Source of the DNA: Octopus vulgaris
Taxonomy: Eukaryota
Length of the DNA: 64,000 nt
Assembly: GCA_951406725.2 (NCBI GenBank)
Contig: OX597822.1
Coordinates: 21,824,001-21,888,000, forward strand
Direction: 5' to 3'
Position 1 is the first letter of the stretch, and every line of letters begins with the position of its first letter. The notes under the pieces were generated by a model that worked only from the letters and a program-made list of their open reading frames with translations, did not search any database and was not told the DNA's origin. This document shows, in pieces, positions 14,404 through 28,145 of the stretch. Made by a program: the position numbers and the translations under genes.

Positions 14404-14498
14404 GTGTGTGTGTGTGTGTGTGTGTGTGTGTATCAATATACACACACACTCACATATGTATATACATACATACATATATATATATATACACAGACACA

Positions 14499-14544
<46 letters not shown>

Positions 14545-14605
14545 TATACATGTATATATAGGTACACACACACACACACACGCCTACTAATATATATATG
14601 CATAT
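14404..14605. repeat. Compound (TG)n/(TA)n/(CA)n microsatellite
   Basis: Seen directly. Confidence 0.9.
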
Positions 14606-15879
14606 AATGTCCGTTCAGCTACATTCAAACAAGTTGGTAAACACCAATAAAGGCATCTTGTCATGATAGCATTTTAGCCAAGTTTGAATTCAAGCTAAAT
14701 TGGTTAATACATCAGCACCATATTTAGATATTTAGTCATCTCAGTTATTTAACTCTGTGATCTAATCAATGATAAAAGTAGAGAGACAAATTGATAATAT
14801 ACATGAGCTTAGATAATAGATTTCTCTCACAGCGATTGAATTGACTTCCTTAGGCAATGCACATAAATTGGCCTGTCTCAATAGAAATATATTTTACAAC
14901 CTAATAAGTCGTAGTCATTATTTATTATGTAAGATTTTGAAATTTTGTTGCTGTAAGAACATCACATTTTATCACACACTTATTTATTAACAACTATGGT
15001 GAAATGAAATTAAAAAGAAGAGGTTTATGTGTTTCAGATGTAACTGAGTTAGTATCATAATGCTACTGGGAATGAGCTATGATCTAAAACTTCTTGGTGT
15101 TATTCTCTGAGTTGTTACCAAAGCCTGACATATTCAAACTAGAAGAAATAAGATGAATGTGAGTTTAAGACAATATTATCCAAGGTGTCCTTCATTTTTT
15201 AAGACTGTAAGATGTAATTTAAAGACTTAGAGATTATTTCTAGCAGTCTGAATAACCTTGAATCAAATATATATAAAAATTATGTTGCAATGTGCTTGTG
15301 CATTGGGAATGTGAGCTTCTAAACTTTAATGATTTCATAACTGAATGCTAACATAATTCAGTTAATAATATAGGTTGTCTATTTTCCATATTGCATAAGT
15401 GATGTAACAATCACAGTCATTTGAAGGAATAAAGTGCAGGCACTATAGAAAACTTCCAGTGATTTAAGCTTGTCATTTACAATTGTAGCAATTATTCTCT
15501 ATGGAGCCTTTGTTCTTATGATATCCTGTTTGCTATAAAGAGACCTTATGAAATAGAAAGAATTCAGATGGGTCTGCAGAAAAATAGAGGTGAAAGTCTG
15601 GGGTGATTGAAAAGAAGATTTTGCAGTCTAAAATACACTTTGTAAGCCATTTTATTATTTTCATGTCTTTTTTCTAGGTTAAGTTATTATGAACCATGCT
15701 TTCTACATCCCTGATTTTGTTGGATGTTATGAAAGGATTCTTAAAGGAAGAAATTGATATTTAACCCCATTTTGTTCACCAAAAGGGGTTAATCATAGTA
15801 TGTTAGTTACTTCACAGAACTACAGTACAGAGCTCAATTGGTTTTGTATATCTTTAATGCTCTCTGGAGTTTCAAATTA

Positions 15880-17000
15880 AACTTAGATAAACTTAGATAT
15901 GTTTCGACCAAAGATTGATCCAGACCATGTCTAACTTAATAGCACCACCTGATAGGATGATCTAAATCCTGTTTAAGTCAAGTTTTGTTTGTGGTCCATT
16001 CAAGTAGTGAGTTTTTGTTGGGTGAGTTGTATCCAATAATGGGTGGCTTATCTGGTATTCCTTGAATGAATCTATCCAGACTCCATTTAATTATGAGCAT
16101 TATTTTATATTTTTCTGTGTTGTATAATGTGTTTAACGTCAATTGTATAAAGAATGGAAAGAGTTGAGTTTAACTCAGTGTCTTGAAGTATAATCCCTGA
16201 TGACATTTTGGTAGTTTGAGAGGATTCTATTGATGTATGAGACAAGTTTCTCATACATCAATAAAATGTTATAGCTAAATCTATCAAAGGCTTTGCTAAA
16301 GACATGTATCTGGCATCAATGTTTGATGTCATATCTGCATCTTCAAAGTACTGTAGAATAATGTTAGAAAATTTCTGCCATATTGAAATCCATGCTACTT
16401 TGGATTTGTGCTTTATTGTTGTTCTCTAGTAAAGTAAAAGACTCTTAACCTCTATGCTCCAGTATTTTCATCATATGAAACATTTGTTTATGGTTAATTT
16501 GTTTGGAGAAGTATGTGTCAGGTATATAGTATGGTGACTGATCAGAGATCAGAGTTGTTGGTGCAGTCATTAGTTGGTACTGACTTCTTTTTCAAGATAA
16601 GACAGTGAATTTATATGGATTAAGTCCCAGAGTCTCGTTTTATCTCTTTATAGTCTTGTTTGTTGAGTTATCAGAATTAATATTTAGGGAGCTGTATTCA
16701 GTGATGCTGCCTTCCAGTGTTAACTTTAGGAGGATCCCTGAAGATGGAGTAACTTCACTTCAGTTCTTTCATTCTATAATTGAGGAAATTGAATGGTCAA
16801 AGGAGTGAAATAGAAATCTTTTTTACAACTTGCTTTAATGACTTAGTCAAAAAAAGAAATAGTAGTGTGTTTGTCATCTTTCTGACTATTTAGTCTGGTG
16901 GAAGGTAAGAGGAATGGAGGAAGTTATTCTTTGTTCAGAGACTTAACCTAGCATTTACTGCAGACAACTTCAGACCAGATGAGAATGTTAAAATGGGTGA
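15880..17000 (-). mobile_element. Decayed CR1/L2-type LINE reverse transcriptase remnant
   Basis: Minus strand at ~16258-16300 reads FSKAFDRFSYNILL, matching the non-LTR RT motif D-F-S-K-A-F-D-x-V-x-H. The surrounding sequence has many stops. Confidence 0.55.
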
Positions 17001-17516
17001 AAGATTAAGTCTACCATCCTTGATGTAAAGATACAATTTGGGGCTACATTTTATTTCCTAAACGTTTTGAGTGTTTAAATGTTGTCGTCAAATCAGTATT
17101 TGTTAGAGTTACACATTGGTACTGCTGCCTGGTATTAATATATTCGTTCATTCCTTTTCTGGGTTTTATATCTTAATTTCATGTTGATAGTTTCTCTCTC
17201 TCTCTCTCTTTGATTCATGATTTTTTTTTAATTAAGAGAATTCAGTGTTTGCTTTGATGTCTGAGGAAGTATGTGTAGAGGAGGAGCCAACAGAAGTCAA
17301 GCTGTGAATAATTCCTCCTCATATCACAACGTATAAATCAATGTCATTTAATTTGTGTGTACTGAGATGAATGTACTTTGTTAAGTTTGGAAGGCTAAAC
17401 TAAGGTTATACTGCACTCTATTGTGAACTCGCCAAATGAAACTAAATACATAAGGCAAAAGAGTATGATTAATAGTATAAATCATTTAATCCCTTGCTCT
17501 CCATTTCTGTCACTCG

Positions 17517-17784
17517 CCACAGTGTTTCATTTAACATCCTTAAACAACCCTTATTCAGGGACCTTTTGAGTGGGAAGGGCTACTTGACCTGAAGAAAATT
17601 CTAACTGGGTCCCACCTGCAAGGTCATACACTGTTTATCTTGATGAGATCACCATATTGCATCCATATGGTTGTGATGCATGTGCCTGATGTATCATTAT
17701 CAGATGGGTGGTCATGATGAATATATTGGGCTCCGTATATTTTACCCCAGTGTCACTTTGATGACATGCACTGCTCTCTCACTC
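17517..17784 (-). mobile_element. Partial inverted copy of the 555-bp (ATT)n-associated element
   Basis: Reverse complement of ~27531-27800, abutting (AAT)n. Confidence 0.85.
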
Positions 17785-17799
17785 AATAATAATAATTAT

Positions 17800-19080
17800 A
17801 ATGGTTTCAAATTTTGCCACAAGGGCAGCCAATTGGGAGAAGGGATGAGTTGATTACATCACTGGTACTTAATTTATCAACCCCAAAAGGATGAAAGTCA
17901 AAGCTGATCTCGTCAGAATTTGAACTCAGAATGTAGCAACAGATGAAATACCGCTAAGCATCTCACCTGGCATATTAACAATTCAGCCAGCTTGCCACTG
18001 TAACAACAACAACAATAATAACATATTAATAATGATTTTGTCTCTATTGATACAATGTTCCAGATTTATAGTGTTGAAATCCACAAAGTTTTCTGATATT
18101 CCTACCTTTCCAAAGAAAAGTAAAATGAAATAACATCCACTAGAAGTCCAAAACCAGATTTTTGAAAACCTCACAAGTAAGAATGTACAATAATAGTAAT
18201 AATGAAAAAGAATGTACAATGATAATAATAATGAAAAGAACATACAATAATAATAATCCTTTCTACTGGAAACACAAGGCCTCAAATTTGGGGGAGGGGA
18301 TTAAGTTGATTACATTGACCCCAGTGCATAACTGGTACTTATTTGATTGGCCCTGAAAGGATGAAAGGCAAAACTGACCCCAGCGGAATATGAACTTGGA
18401 ACATAGCGACAGATAAAATACCTATTTCTTTATTACCCACAAGGGGCTAAACACAGAGGGGACAAACAAGGACAGACATAGGTATTAAGTCGATTACATC
18501 GACCTCAGTGCGTAACTGGTACTTAATTTATCGACCCCGAAAGGATGAAAAGCAAAGTCGACCTCGGCGGAATTTGAACTCACAACATAACGGCAGATAA
18601 AATACCGTTAAGCATTTCATCTGGTAAACAAACGATTTTGCCTGCTCACCGCCTTATACAATAATAATAAAAATAAAAATGTTTCTAATTTAAGCACAAG
18701 GTCAGTGTTTTTGAGAAGGGTTTAGTTGATGTCATCAACAGCAGTATTTGACTTGTACTTTATTTTATAGACATCAGGACAAGGAAAGATGAAATGGATC
18801 AAGGTGAGATTTAAACTGGAATAAATACTTCAGAGTATTTAGTCTTATACTTTAATGGTTTGACAAACTCATTGCTTTTTAATGATAATATCAATATTGA
18901 TAGTTTGTTACATAAGCTCATTGCAAAAAGGTTGGAGGTGGATTTGCATATAATTTATAAAATCTAGAAGGATGAAAATCATATTTGATAACAATTTGAA
19001 GAATGTAAAAGTACTGAAATATATACTATTAGGCACTTTGTCTGACACTCTAACAAATCTATAATCCATCATCATTTAAA
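17800..19080 (-). mobile_element. Tandem cluster of family B SINEs on the minus strand
   Basis: Repeated ctggtacttaatttatcgaccccgaaaggatgaaaggcaaagtcgacctcggcggaatttgaactca units separated by (AAT)n. Best-preserved copies are at 18258-18660. Confidence 0.8.
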
Positions 19081-19315
19081 TATAATACTAAAACTTCAGA
19101 TTTCCAATCCCCAAGAGTATTAATCAAAATATCTAAATACTTCTAAATGGCAATCAAAATAAGTACTTTTGGGTCTGATACCTTGAGCAATTACCTTTGT
19201 CCTAGTTTCAGCTTGATCTATATATATATATATTGTAATATTAGAGTGTAAATCCAAACTTACAGGGAAAAATTAGATTTAGGATTAAATCGAATTTCGC
19301 AGTATAAATATAAAT

Positions 19316-19623
19316 TAAATTAGAGATAAAACCACTATTAGGCAAATCAAATAATGAAAAACTTAAACCAAAACATAAAAATAAACGTAATTAATATAAT
19401 ATACAAAATATATAAAATTTAAATTATTTAAATTTAAAATTTTTTTATTTATATTTATTAATTTTTATATTTTTTAAATTTAAAAAATTTTTAAATTAAA
19501 ATTTTTTTAAAAATATATATAACTATCAAAAAGTATTAAAAGTTTAATATAAGATAATAAGTATGTTTTGGTTTATGTTTTTCATTGTTTGATTTGCCTA
19601 ATAGTGGTTTTATCTCTAATTTA
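19316..19623. repeat. Inverted repeat with ~62-bp arms and an almost pure A/T spacer
   Basis: 19316-19377 (taaattagagataaaaccactattaggcaaatcaaataatgaaaaacttaaaccaaaacata) pairs with 19562-19623 with few mismatches. Confidence 0.85.
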
Positions 19624-19634
19624 TATATATATAT

Positions 19635-19983
19635 AGGCGCAGGAGTGGCTGTGTGGTTAGTAGCTTGTCTACCAACCACATGGTTCCGGGTTCAGTCCCA
19701 CTGCGTGGCACCTTGGGCAAGTGTCTTCTACTATAGCCTCAGGCCGACCAAAGCCTTGTGAGTGGATTTGGTAGACGGAAACTGAAAGAAGCCCGTCATA
19801 TATATGTATATATATATATATATGCTGGTGTGTTTATGTCCCTGTCACCTAGCGGTTCGGCAAAAGAGACCGATGGAATAAGTACTGGGCTTACAAAAGA
19901 ATAAGTCCCAGGGTCGAGTTGCTCGATTAAAGGCGGTGCTCCAGTATGGCTGCAGTCAAATGACTGAAACAAGTAAAAGAGTA
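19635..19983 (+). mobile_element. tRNA-derived SINE (family A)
   Basis: ggcgcaggagtggctgtgtggt (A-box-like) ... gggttcagtccc (B-box-like) ... ccttgggcaagtgtctt ... gactgaaacaagtaaaagagta. Confidence 0.9.
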
Positions 19984-20364
19984 TATATATATATATATAT
20001 ATACTCACTTTCTTGTCACTCTCACCATCATTAATGCAATGTACCAGTGATGTGACTGGCCTGTTGTATACTTGTAACCATCAATGCTATTATGCTGCTG
20101 AGATTGCTAGAAGATGGCAGCAACTCAGATATGATTCCTGATAGAAGTAGTGTTACCTTGGATGTGGATACTCGACAACAAGCCATGGCCTGATCAAAAC
20201 CGGCTGTCAGGCCTTTCAACAATCAGACCATCAATAACCCCAGGAAATATTGATGATATGTTTCCAGCTGCATAATAAGTTGCTGAGTGAAAAGAAAAAC
20301 CAATTTTAATATAAAATGTGTTTAATCTAACACTTGCCTAACTTAGCCATTTCTGTGATTACAA

Positions 20365-21030
20365 TCCTTTCTGCAATAGGCACAAGGCCTGAAACTTTGG
20401 GGGAGGGAATTACTCAATTATATGATCCCAGTGTACAACTGGCACTTAGTTCATTGACCCTGAAAGGATGAAAGGCAAAGTTGACCACAGTCGAATTTGA
20501 ACTCAGAACATAAAGATGGATGAAATACTGCTAAGTACTTTTGCCCAGCATACTAACAATTCTTCCAGCTCACCACCTTATTTCTGTGATTATAATAATG
20601 ACTTCTTAGCACAAGATTTCTCATTCTATGAGTGAAGTGTAGAGTAAATTCACCCAACTTTTAGTACATTATTTATACTTTTTATAGACTCCTGAGGGAA
20701 GAAAAGCAATTTCAAATTAGGAAGGATGCAGGATGTAACTAATTACTGAAATATATTTTACTCAACACTTGTTCATTTCCATCACTCCTCTGATTTACAA
20801 CATCATCAACAATAATGGTTATTAATCTGAGCACAAGGTCTGCAATTATAAAAGGAGGGTGTAGTATTGACCCCAAATATAGCACTGGTACTTTATTTTA
20901 TTGATTCAGAAAGAAGGAAAGACAAAATTGACATCAGCAAAATTTGAACTCAAGATATAAAGGGGTACATGAAATGTTGCAAAGCATTTCTTTCAATATC
21001 TTAATGATTTTGCCAGTCCATCACTCGAAT
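20365..21030 (-). mobile_element. Three family B SINE copies of increasing divergence
   Basis: Same motif string as 18258-18660. Confidence 0.7.
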
Positions 21031-21639
21031 AATAATGATGATGATTTCTTTTATGAAGATGATTATGTATTTTTATTGGGCATTCAGTACATTTATAAAG
21101 CTAGAAGTTAAAGTGAATTCAGGCAGCCCAATTATATTATCAATATTCTTTTTTAATCAATACAGTAAAATTTGATCCTGGAATGTCAAGAGACATAACT
21201 AAATAATACAAACCAGCACTCGACTGATTGTGCCATTCTGCTGTCTGCTTATGACTGCTTGGTTTAATAAAGTTTTAAGAAGGAAATAAAAAAATTCATA
21301 TTTCTGAAACAAATTTTTTTTTAGAAAGCTTTGATTGATTTTTAAAATCTAAACAGAGGAGAAAGATGAAAATGATAACAAAGAAAATATGGGTCATTCC
21401 TTTTCTAAAATATAGGGTAGGGTGGAATACTTAAATAGAACATAGAACTGAGTAGTTCAGACAAATAAAAGAAAGTTATTTTAATTATATGCTGCCTTTC
21501 TGTTCAAATTTGTAGCATTGATGTTGTATTTTATAGTAGCTGGGAGGGAAAATATGTGAATAACTGCAAATATTATAAAAAAAAGTCAGAAGGAAATTGT
21601 TTGAATAGACATGCAAAAACTTTGCAGGAAAATGTTATT

Positions 21640-22270
21640 GAAAGGGTAAAAAGAGGTATTGATGCTGAGACAGTAAAGGAAGCTTTGGTTTTGAGGAGAA
21701 AATAAACATAGAAACACAGAAGGAATGAGAGAACAAAGGGATGTTCAAGAAAGATATTTGCAAGGAAATTCTCAAAAGATATCTTGGCAATGGCTCATGA
21801 AAAGCAACCTCAAACCCAAGATAAAGACATTGAGCCATGTAGCCCAGGAGTAAGGTATTTTTGAACAACTGAAACTTCAAAGAAAGGTGAGAGTAGCTGC
21901 TTTTTTCCATGTTAGAACTTTGTGGGAAAAGACAGTTCAAAGAAATAGCATCTCATATCAAAATCCTGCAACTTGAATTGTTCATTGGAAGCTAAGTGGA
22001 GCCTATCGATTGGATGAAGGGAAGATGGCATTCTTATGAACATAATCCAGAAGTTATTATCAAGAACATTGAGACTTAGAAGAATTTTTACCATCCATAT
22101 GATTATGTAGCACCTAACTGTAGATAAAGAGGAAAAGAAATGCCTTGTTATAATCCTAGGTGTTTCTTATAATAAAGGTTGAAAACTAAATAATACATGG
22201 ACTGAGCTGAAAATAAGAGTTAAAAATGAATCATTATCAATAAAAGTAGAAACCATTACAGTTGTAAGAA
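21640..22270 (+). mobile_element. Very decayed R4/Dong-like LINE C-terminal region
   Basis: WLMKSNLKPKIKTLSHVAQE resembles the R4/Dong pattern WLxxGxLKxETExxIxAAQEQAL; HLISKSC and DKEEKKCL fragments follow. Confidence 0.4.
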
Positions 22271-22466
22271 AAATTCTATGTAAATGCTAAAACTGGACTT
22301 AAGTTTACATAAACTGTATAAAGGTTAAAAAAATTCATGTGTTTATATAAGCTTATGGTGAGTTAAAACAGGGCAGAAGTTTACTTGAATAAATTTGCGT
22401 CAGTGTGCTCATAGTTCAAAAGAGGATATAAATTTACATAATCTTATTTAAAGTTAAAGTAGGAGT

Positions 22467-22634
22467 AGGCATAGGAGTGGGTGTGTGGTAAGTAGCTTGC
22501 TTACCAACCACATGGTTCCGGGTTCAGTCCCACTGCATGGCACCTTGGGCAAGTGTCTTCTACTATAGCCTCAGGCCGAGTGGATTTGGTAGACGGAAAC
22601 TGAAAGAAACCTGTCATATATATGTATATCTATA

Positions 22635-22699
<65 letters not shown>

Positions 22700-22912
22700 G
22701 TATATGTTTGTGTCTCTGTGTTTGTCCCCCAACATCGCTTGACAACCGATGCTGGTGTGTTTACGTCCCCGTAACTTAGCGCTTTGGCAAAAGAGACTGA
22801 TAGAATAGGCTTAGAAACAATAAGTCCTGGGGGTCAATTTGTTCGACAAAAAGGCGGTGCTCCAGCATGGCAACAGTCAAATGACTGAAACAAGTAAAAG
22901 AGTAAAAGAGTA
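22467..22912 (+). mobile_element. tRNA-derived SINE (family A)
   Basis: High similarity to 19635-19983, with an expanded internal (TA)n. Confidence 0.9.
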
Positions 22913-23096
22913 GGATGCAAATTTACATATGCCTACTTAACAGTTGAAATAAGAATACAATATCAACTTAAATATTGGTTAAGATAGGACTCAAGTTCAC
23001 ATAAAGGTTATGCTAGGACATAAATTTGCACCAGCTTACATAATAGGTTAAATGTTTACATATGCTTACGAAACATGTGAGGGAAATAAATAAATA

Positions 23097-23227
23097 AGGC
23101 ATAGGAGTGGCTATATGGCATGGTTGAGACCTTGGGCAAGTGTCTTCTACTATAGCCTTGGGCTGACCAAAGCCTTGTCAGCGGATTTGGTAGACGGAAA
23201 CTGAAAGAAGCCCGTCGTATATATGTT

Positions 23228-23258
<31 letters not shown>

Positions 23259-23470
23259 ATATGTTTGTGTGTCTTTGTTTGTCCCCTAACATCGCTTGAC
23301 AACTGGTGCTGGTGTGTTTACGTCCTCGTAATTTAGCAGTTTGGCAAAAGAGACCGATAGAATAAGTACTAGGCTTACAAGGAATAATCCTGGGGTCGAT
23401 TTGCTCGACTAAAGGTGTCACTCCAGTATGGCCACAGTCAAATGACTGAAACAAGTAAAAGAGTAAAGAG
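23097..23470 (+). mobile_element. tRNA-derived SINE (family A) with a deletion in the head
   Basis: High similarity to 22467-22912. Confidence 0.88.
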
Positions 23471-23864
23471 CAAGTTATGAAAATTTTCCCGCAGTATTCT
23501 AAATATAGTTTTTTCTTAAAATAAGGTTATCAAAGAAAACTGTAAATTTATAGAAGAATGGAGTTGATAGAATCTGCCACAATATATGTCAAGTACTTTT
23601 ACCATCCTTTTTTTAGATACTTCGCTAAATACAGATATGTTATTTAGCGATATTATTTTGCATTCTAAATTCTATTGTGGTTTAATTTGACTTCCATCCT
23701 TTTAAGATCATTAAAATAAATACTATGAATTAATAAAATCAATTAGCCCTTACATGTATGGCCCTTGTACCAAATGTAAGATAACACTATTATTTCAATC
23801 CGAGCTAGCTCAACCCAATAATGCTAGTGATGGTTATTATTTTAAAGATACTTGAGTTATTAAT

Positions 23865-23995
<131 letters not shown>

Positions 23996-25127
23996 ACATT
24001 ATTCTGTAAATATATTAGCAACATATATCTAAGAAAACTTATCTCGAAATGCTTTTTTAGTTTCTGCTATTACATAATAGCATGCTTCATAACTATTAAT
24101 CAGACAATGTTGCTAACATTTTGTTAAGAACACATTTTGGAGAAAATTCTTCAATTTAGAGAAAGCTGTTGCAAACATGATGCCATTTGCATGACATTAT
24201 GAAACAGTATTCTTGTAATGATAATGCACATTTTTGCATTCCATATGATCATATTTCCTGTCCATTAGTGTGTAAAGTAGGAATCTGTTCTGTTATGCCA
24301 CATAATGTAGTGACAATATTACAATAAAAATAACATGCTTTGGTGCATCAGTGTGTGTTTGTTTGTGTGTGTATCTGTGTGTATCTGTGTGTAGTGAGTG
24401 CACTGCAATTGTTAATTTGAAGTTGAGTATATTGTGGCTTGTGTTGACATGTTTAAGAAACCTAAAGTGATTATTGTTATGATGTAGGAGAAATTTTGGG
24501 TGTGAACATACATTTCACATGCATACAAATTCACATACACACACATATTCATATATTTTACATGCTTATACACACACTTAGATCACATTCATGATCACAT
24601 TCACATACATAGTGACTTTTGCATATTTACACACATAAACATCTACACACACAAACATTCACACAAGGGTACATATATTCACATGCATATTTGCACATTC
24701 CCTGCTTCTATGCATAGATACATTAAAACACATTTATACATGCATTCACCCACACAGTGAATTGCACATGCATACACTCACACACCTCACATACATTCAT
24801 ACATGGGCTCAAACATAAACTCCTTCTGTGCACACATGCACGCACATGCAAAAATCCTTTCAAAATCAAAAGAAATTCTCGAAACCAATGTAGTTCCAAA
24901 GCTGTTCCATACTGTGACTAAAATACAGGCAGCAAATCAATTTAGTCCAAAATGACAGCAAATATATTTTGATGCTAAAGAAGAAAGTAAATCAAAAGAA
25001 ATTGCTATTTTATTTTCTTCTCACACAAATAAGAAAATAATATTTCTCTAACTTACTTTGCCTTCTCTCAAAATCTTCACTTTCAGTCTCTATGCAACTC
25101 TTTTTCTCTCCAATCCCTCTCCCTCTT

Positions 25128-25169
25128 TATATATATATAAGTTTATGCATACATATATATATATATATC

Positions 25170-25208
<39 letters not shown>

Positions 25209-25368
25209 ATGTATATATATATATATATGGATATATGTATATATATATGTATGTATGTATATATATATATGTATGTATATATATATGTATGTATATATAT
25301 ATGTATGTATATATATATGTATGTATATATATATATTGTATGTATATATATATATATATGCATGTATG

Positions 25369-25405
<37 letters not shown>

Positions 25406-25582
25406 ATATATATGTATATGCATGTATGTATATATATATGTATATGCATGTATGTATATATATATGTATATGCATGTATGTATATATATATGTATATGCA
25501 TGTATGTATATATATATGTATATGCATGTATGTATATATATATGTATATATGTATGTATATATATATGTATATGCATGTATG

Positions 25583-25613
<31 letters not shown>

Positions 25614-25958
25614 GTATGTATATATATATATGTATATGCATGTATGTATATATATATATATATATGTATGTATATATATATATGTATATATATGTATGTA
25701 TATATATATATATGTATGTATATATATATATATGTATGTATATATGTATATATACATATGTATACATATATATGTACATATGTATATATATATATGTATA
25801 TATATATATGTATGTATATATGTATATATATATGTATACATATATATGTACATATGTATATATATATATGTATACATATATATATATGTATATATATAGA
25901 TAGATAGATAGAATAGAGAGAGAGAGATGCCTATCATCTATCTAATTCTCTCTCTTTG

Positions 25959-26010
<52 letters not shown>

Positions 26011-26048
26011 CCTATCTATCTATCTGTCTGTCTATCTATCCATCTATC
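25128..26048. repeat. ~770-bp (TA)n/(TATG)n alternating purine-pyrimidine tract followed by (GATA)n/(TATC)n
   Basis: Seen directly; source of the Y/I/M/C/V pseudo-ORFs in the track. Confidence 0.95.
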
Positions 26049-26913
26049 TCACATTTACACTCATTCATTGTTTGTCATATATTTCTTACATTTTGTTTTT
26101 AATTCATTTGCTTGTTTTAATGTGCTTCAGTCATAGAATTTACTGAACTGGAAATATTGTTTTGTTTCATTTTGCAAAGCCTTCTCTTATATTATTTCTT
26201 CCTTATTTCCTTTACTAGAATTTTCACAGTTTTACACTTGACAAAAATAATTTTTCAAACCCAAGGAGACATATGCACACACACACACACACACACCTTA
26301 TAACAGTGCAAATAACTGCATTTGGCTACATATAGATATCTATAGAGCAGCATATATCTAAATATCATTATATATTTACAACTATATATAACCATATACT
26401 TGTATAAATACAGGAAACTATATATAATTATATATAACTACATATAGTTGTATTTCACTATATATAATTTACATTATAACATATGACTATAACTACATAC
26501 TATCAAGTGTATCTATACATAAATAAATACGCTTACATATTACATATATAACTATGTGTATCTACCCACTATACACAACAACATACAGCTACATATTATA
26601 AGATGAAACGTTCATGAAATTTGGAGAAATAGAATTTATTTATTTCCATAAATATAGCACAGCATTTTACAGCTGACATTGTTATTATTGATAGTAGTGT
26701 TGTTATTGTTATAGTGGGATTTGAACTCAGAATGTAAAGAATTTGTTCTGATTCCTTACTATCTGAGACTAAATTCTGCGGCAGTCAGCATTGCTTGGCT
26801 CAGTAAATACCTGTCAAGTATTGAGCAGCAGTGGTCAATGGTTTTCACTAATCCCTACCTCAAAATTTCGGGCCTTGTGCTAAATCAGAAACATTTGTTG
26901 TTGTTGTTGTTGT

Positions 26914-27468
26914 TGAATGAGAGAGCAGTGCATGTCATTAAAGTGACACTGGGGTAAAATATACGAAGCCTAGTGTACCCATCATGAATACCCATCTGAT
27001 AAGGATACACCAGGCACATGCATCACAACCAAATGTGCACAGCATGGTGATCCCATATCAAGATTAACAGTGCATGACCTTGCAGGTGGAGCCCAGTTAG
27101 AATTTTCTTCTGGTCGAGTAGTCCATCCTGCTCAAAAGGTCCCTGAATAAGGATTTCTTTAGGGTGTTAAACGAAACACCCATGTTTCCAAAGGTGAATT
27201 ATCCAAACCTCCATGAATTCCTTTCAACACATGGCTATGATGCTCCCCACTACTTCTGCTCATGATCAGAGATGCACATATCGTCAGCCACTAAGGGACA
27301 TGGTCAACTGGTTAAAGTCAAACAACTGACAAGCAAATTTGTGGTATTGAGCAGAATATTTGCTGTAGCCCATCTTTTATACCAAGACAAATCAATGTAC
27401 ATGATAACACTTCCAATCAGTTAAGTTGAGAAGCCATGTGAGCCACTGCCTGGCACTGCATCAGGGCA
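26914..27468. mobile_element. ~555-bp non-coding repeat element, copy 1
   Basis: Colinear over its full length with 27531-28085; flanked by (GTT)n and (CAT/ATT)n. Confidence 0.9.
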
Positions 27469-27477
27469 TCATCATCA

Positions 27478-27530
<53 letters not shown>

Positions 27531-28084
27531 GAGTGAGCGAGCAGAGCATGCCATCAAAGTGACACTGGGGTAAAATATACGAAGCCCAGTATACCCATCA
27601 TGACTACCTGTCTGATAAGGGTACACCAGGCACATGCATCACAACCATATGTGCGCGACATGGTGATCTCATATCAAGATAAACAGCACATGACCTTGCA
27701 GGTGGAGCCCAGTTAGAATTTTCTTCAGATCGAGTAACCCATCCCGCTCAAAAGGTCCCTGAATAAGGGTTGTTTAAGGACATTGAACGAAACACCCATG
27801 TTTCCAGAGGTGAATTATTCAAACCCCAAAGAATCCTTCTCAACACATGGCTATGATGCTTCCCCACTACTTCTGCTCGTGATCAGAGATGCACATATCG
27901 TCAGCCACTAAGGGACATGCTCAACTGGTTAAGGTCAAACAACTGACAAGCAAATCTGTGGTATTGAGCAGAATATTTGCTGTAGCCCATCTTTTATACC
28001 AAGACAAAACAATGTACATGATAACACTTCCAATCAATTAAGATCAGAAGCCATGAGAGCCACTGCCTGGTACTGCATCAGGGC

Positions 28085-28085
<1 letters not shown>
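27531..28085. mobile_element. ~555-bp non-coding repeat element, copy 2
   Basis: gagtgagcgagcagagcatgccatcaaagtgacactgggg ... gccactgcctggtactgcatcagggca, with (ATT)n on both sides. Confidence 0.9.

Positions 28086-28145
<60 letters not shown>

Noticed and set aside
25058-25937. Longest ORFs in the track (229-281 aa)
   Set aside because: Translations of (TA)n/(TG)n repeats, which lack stop codons in several frames. The same applies to ORFs at 1603-1998, 14383-14607 and 63248-63597.
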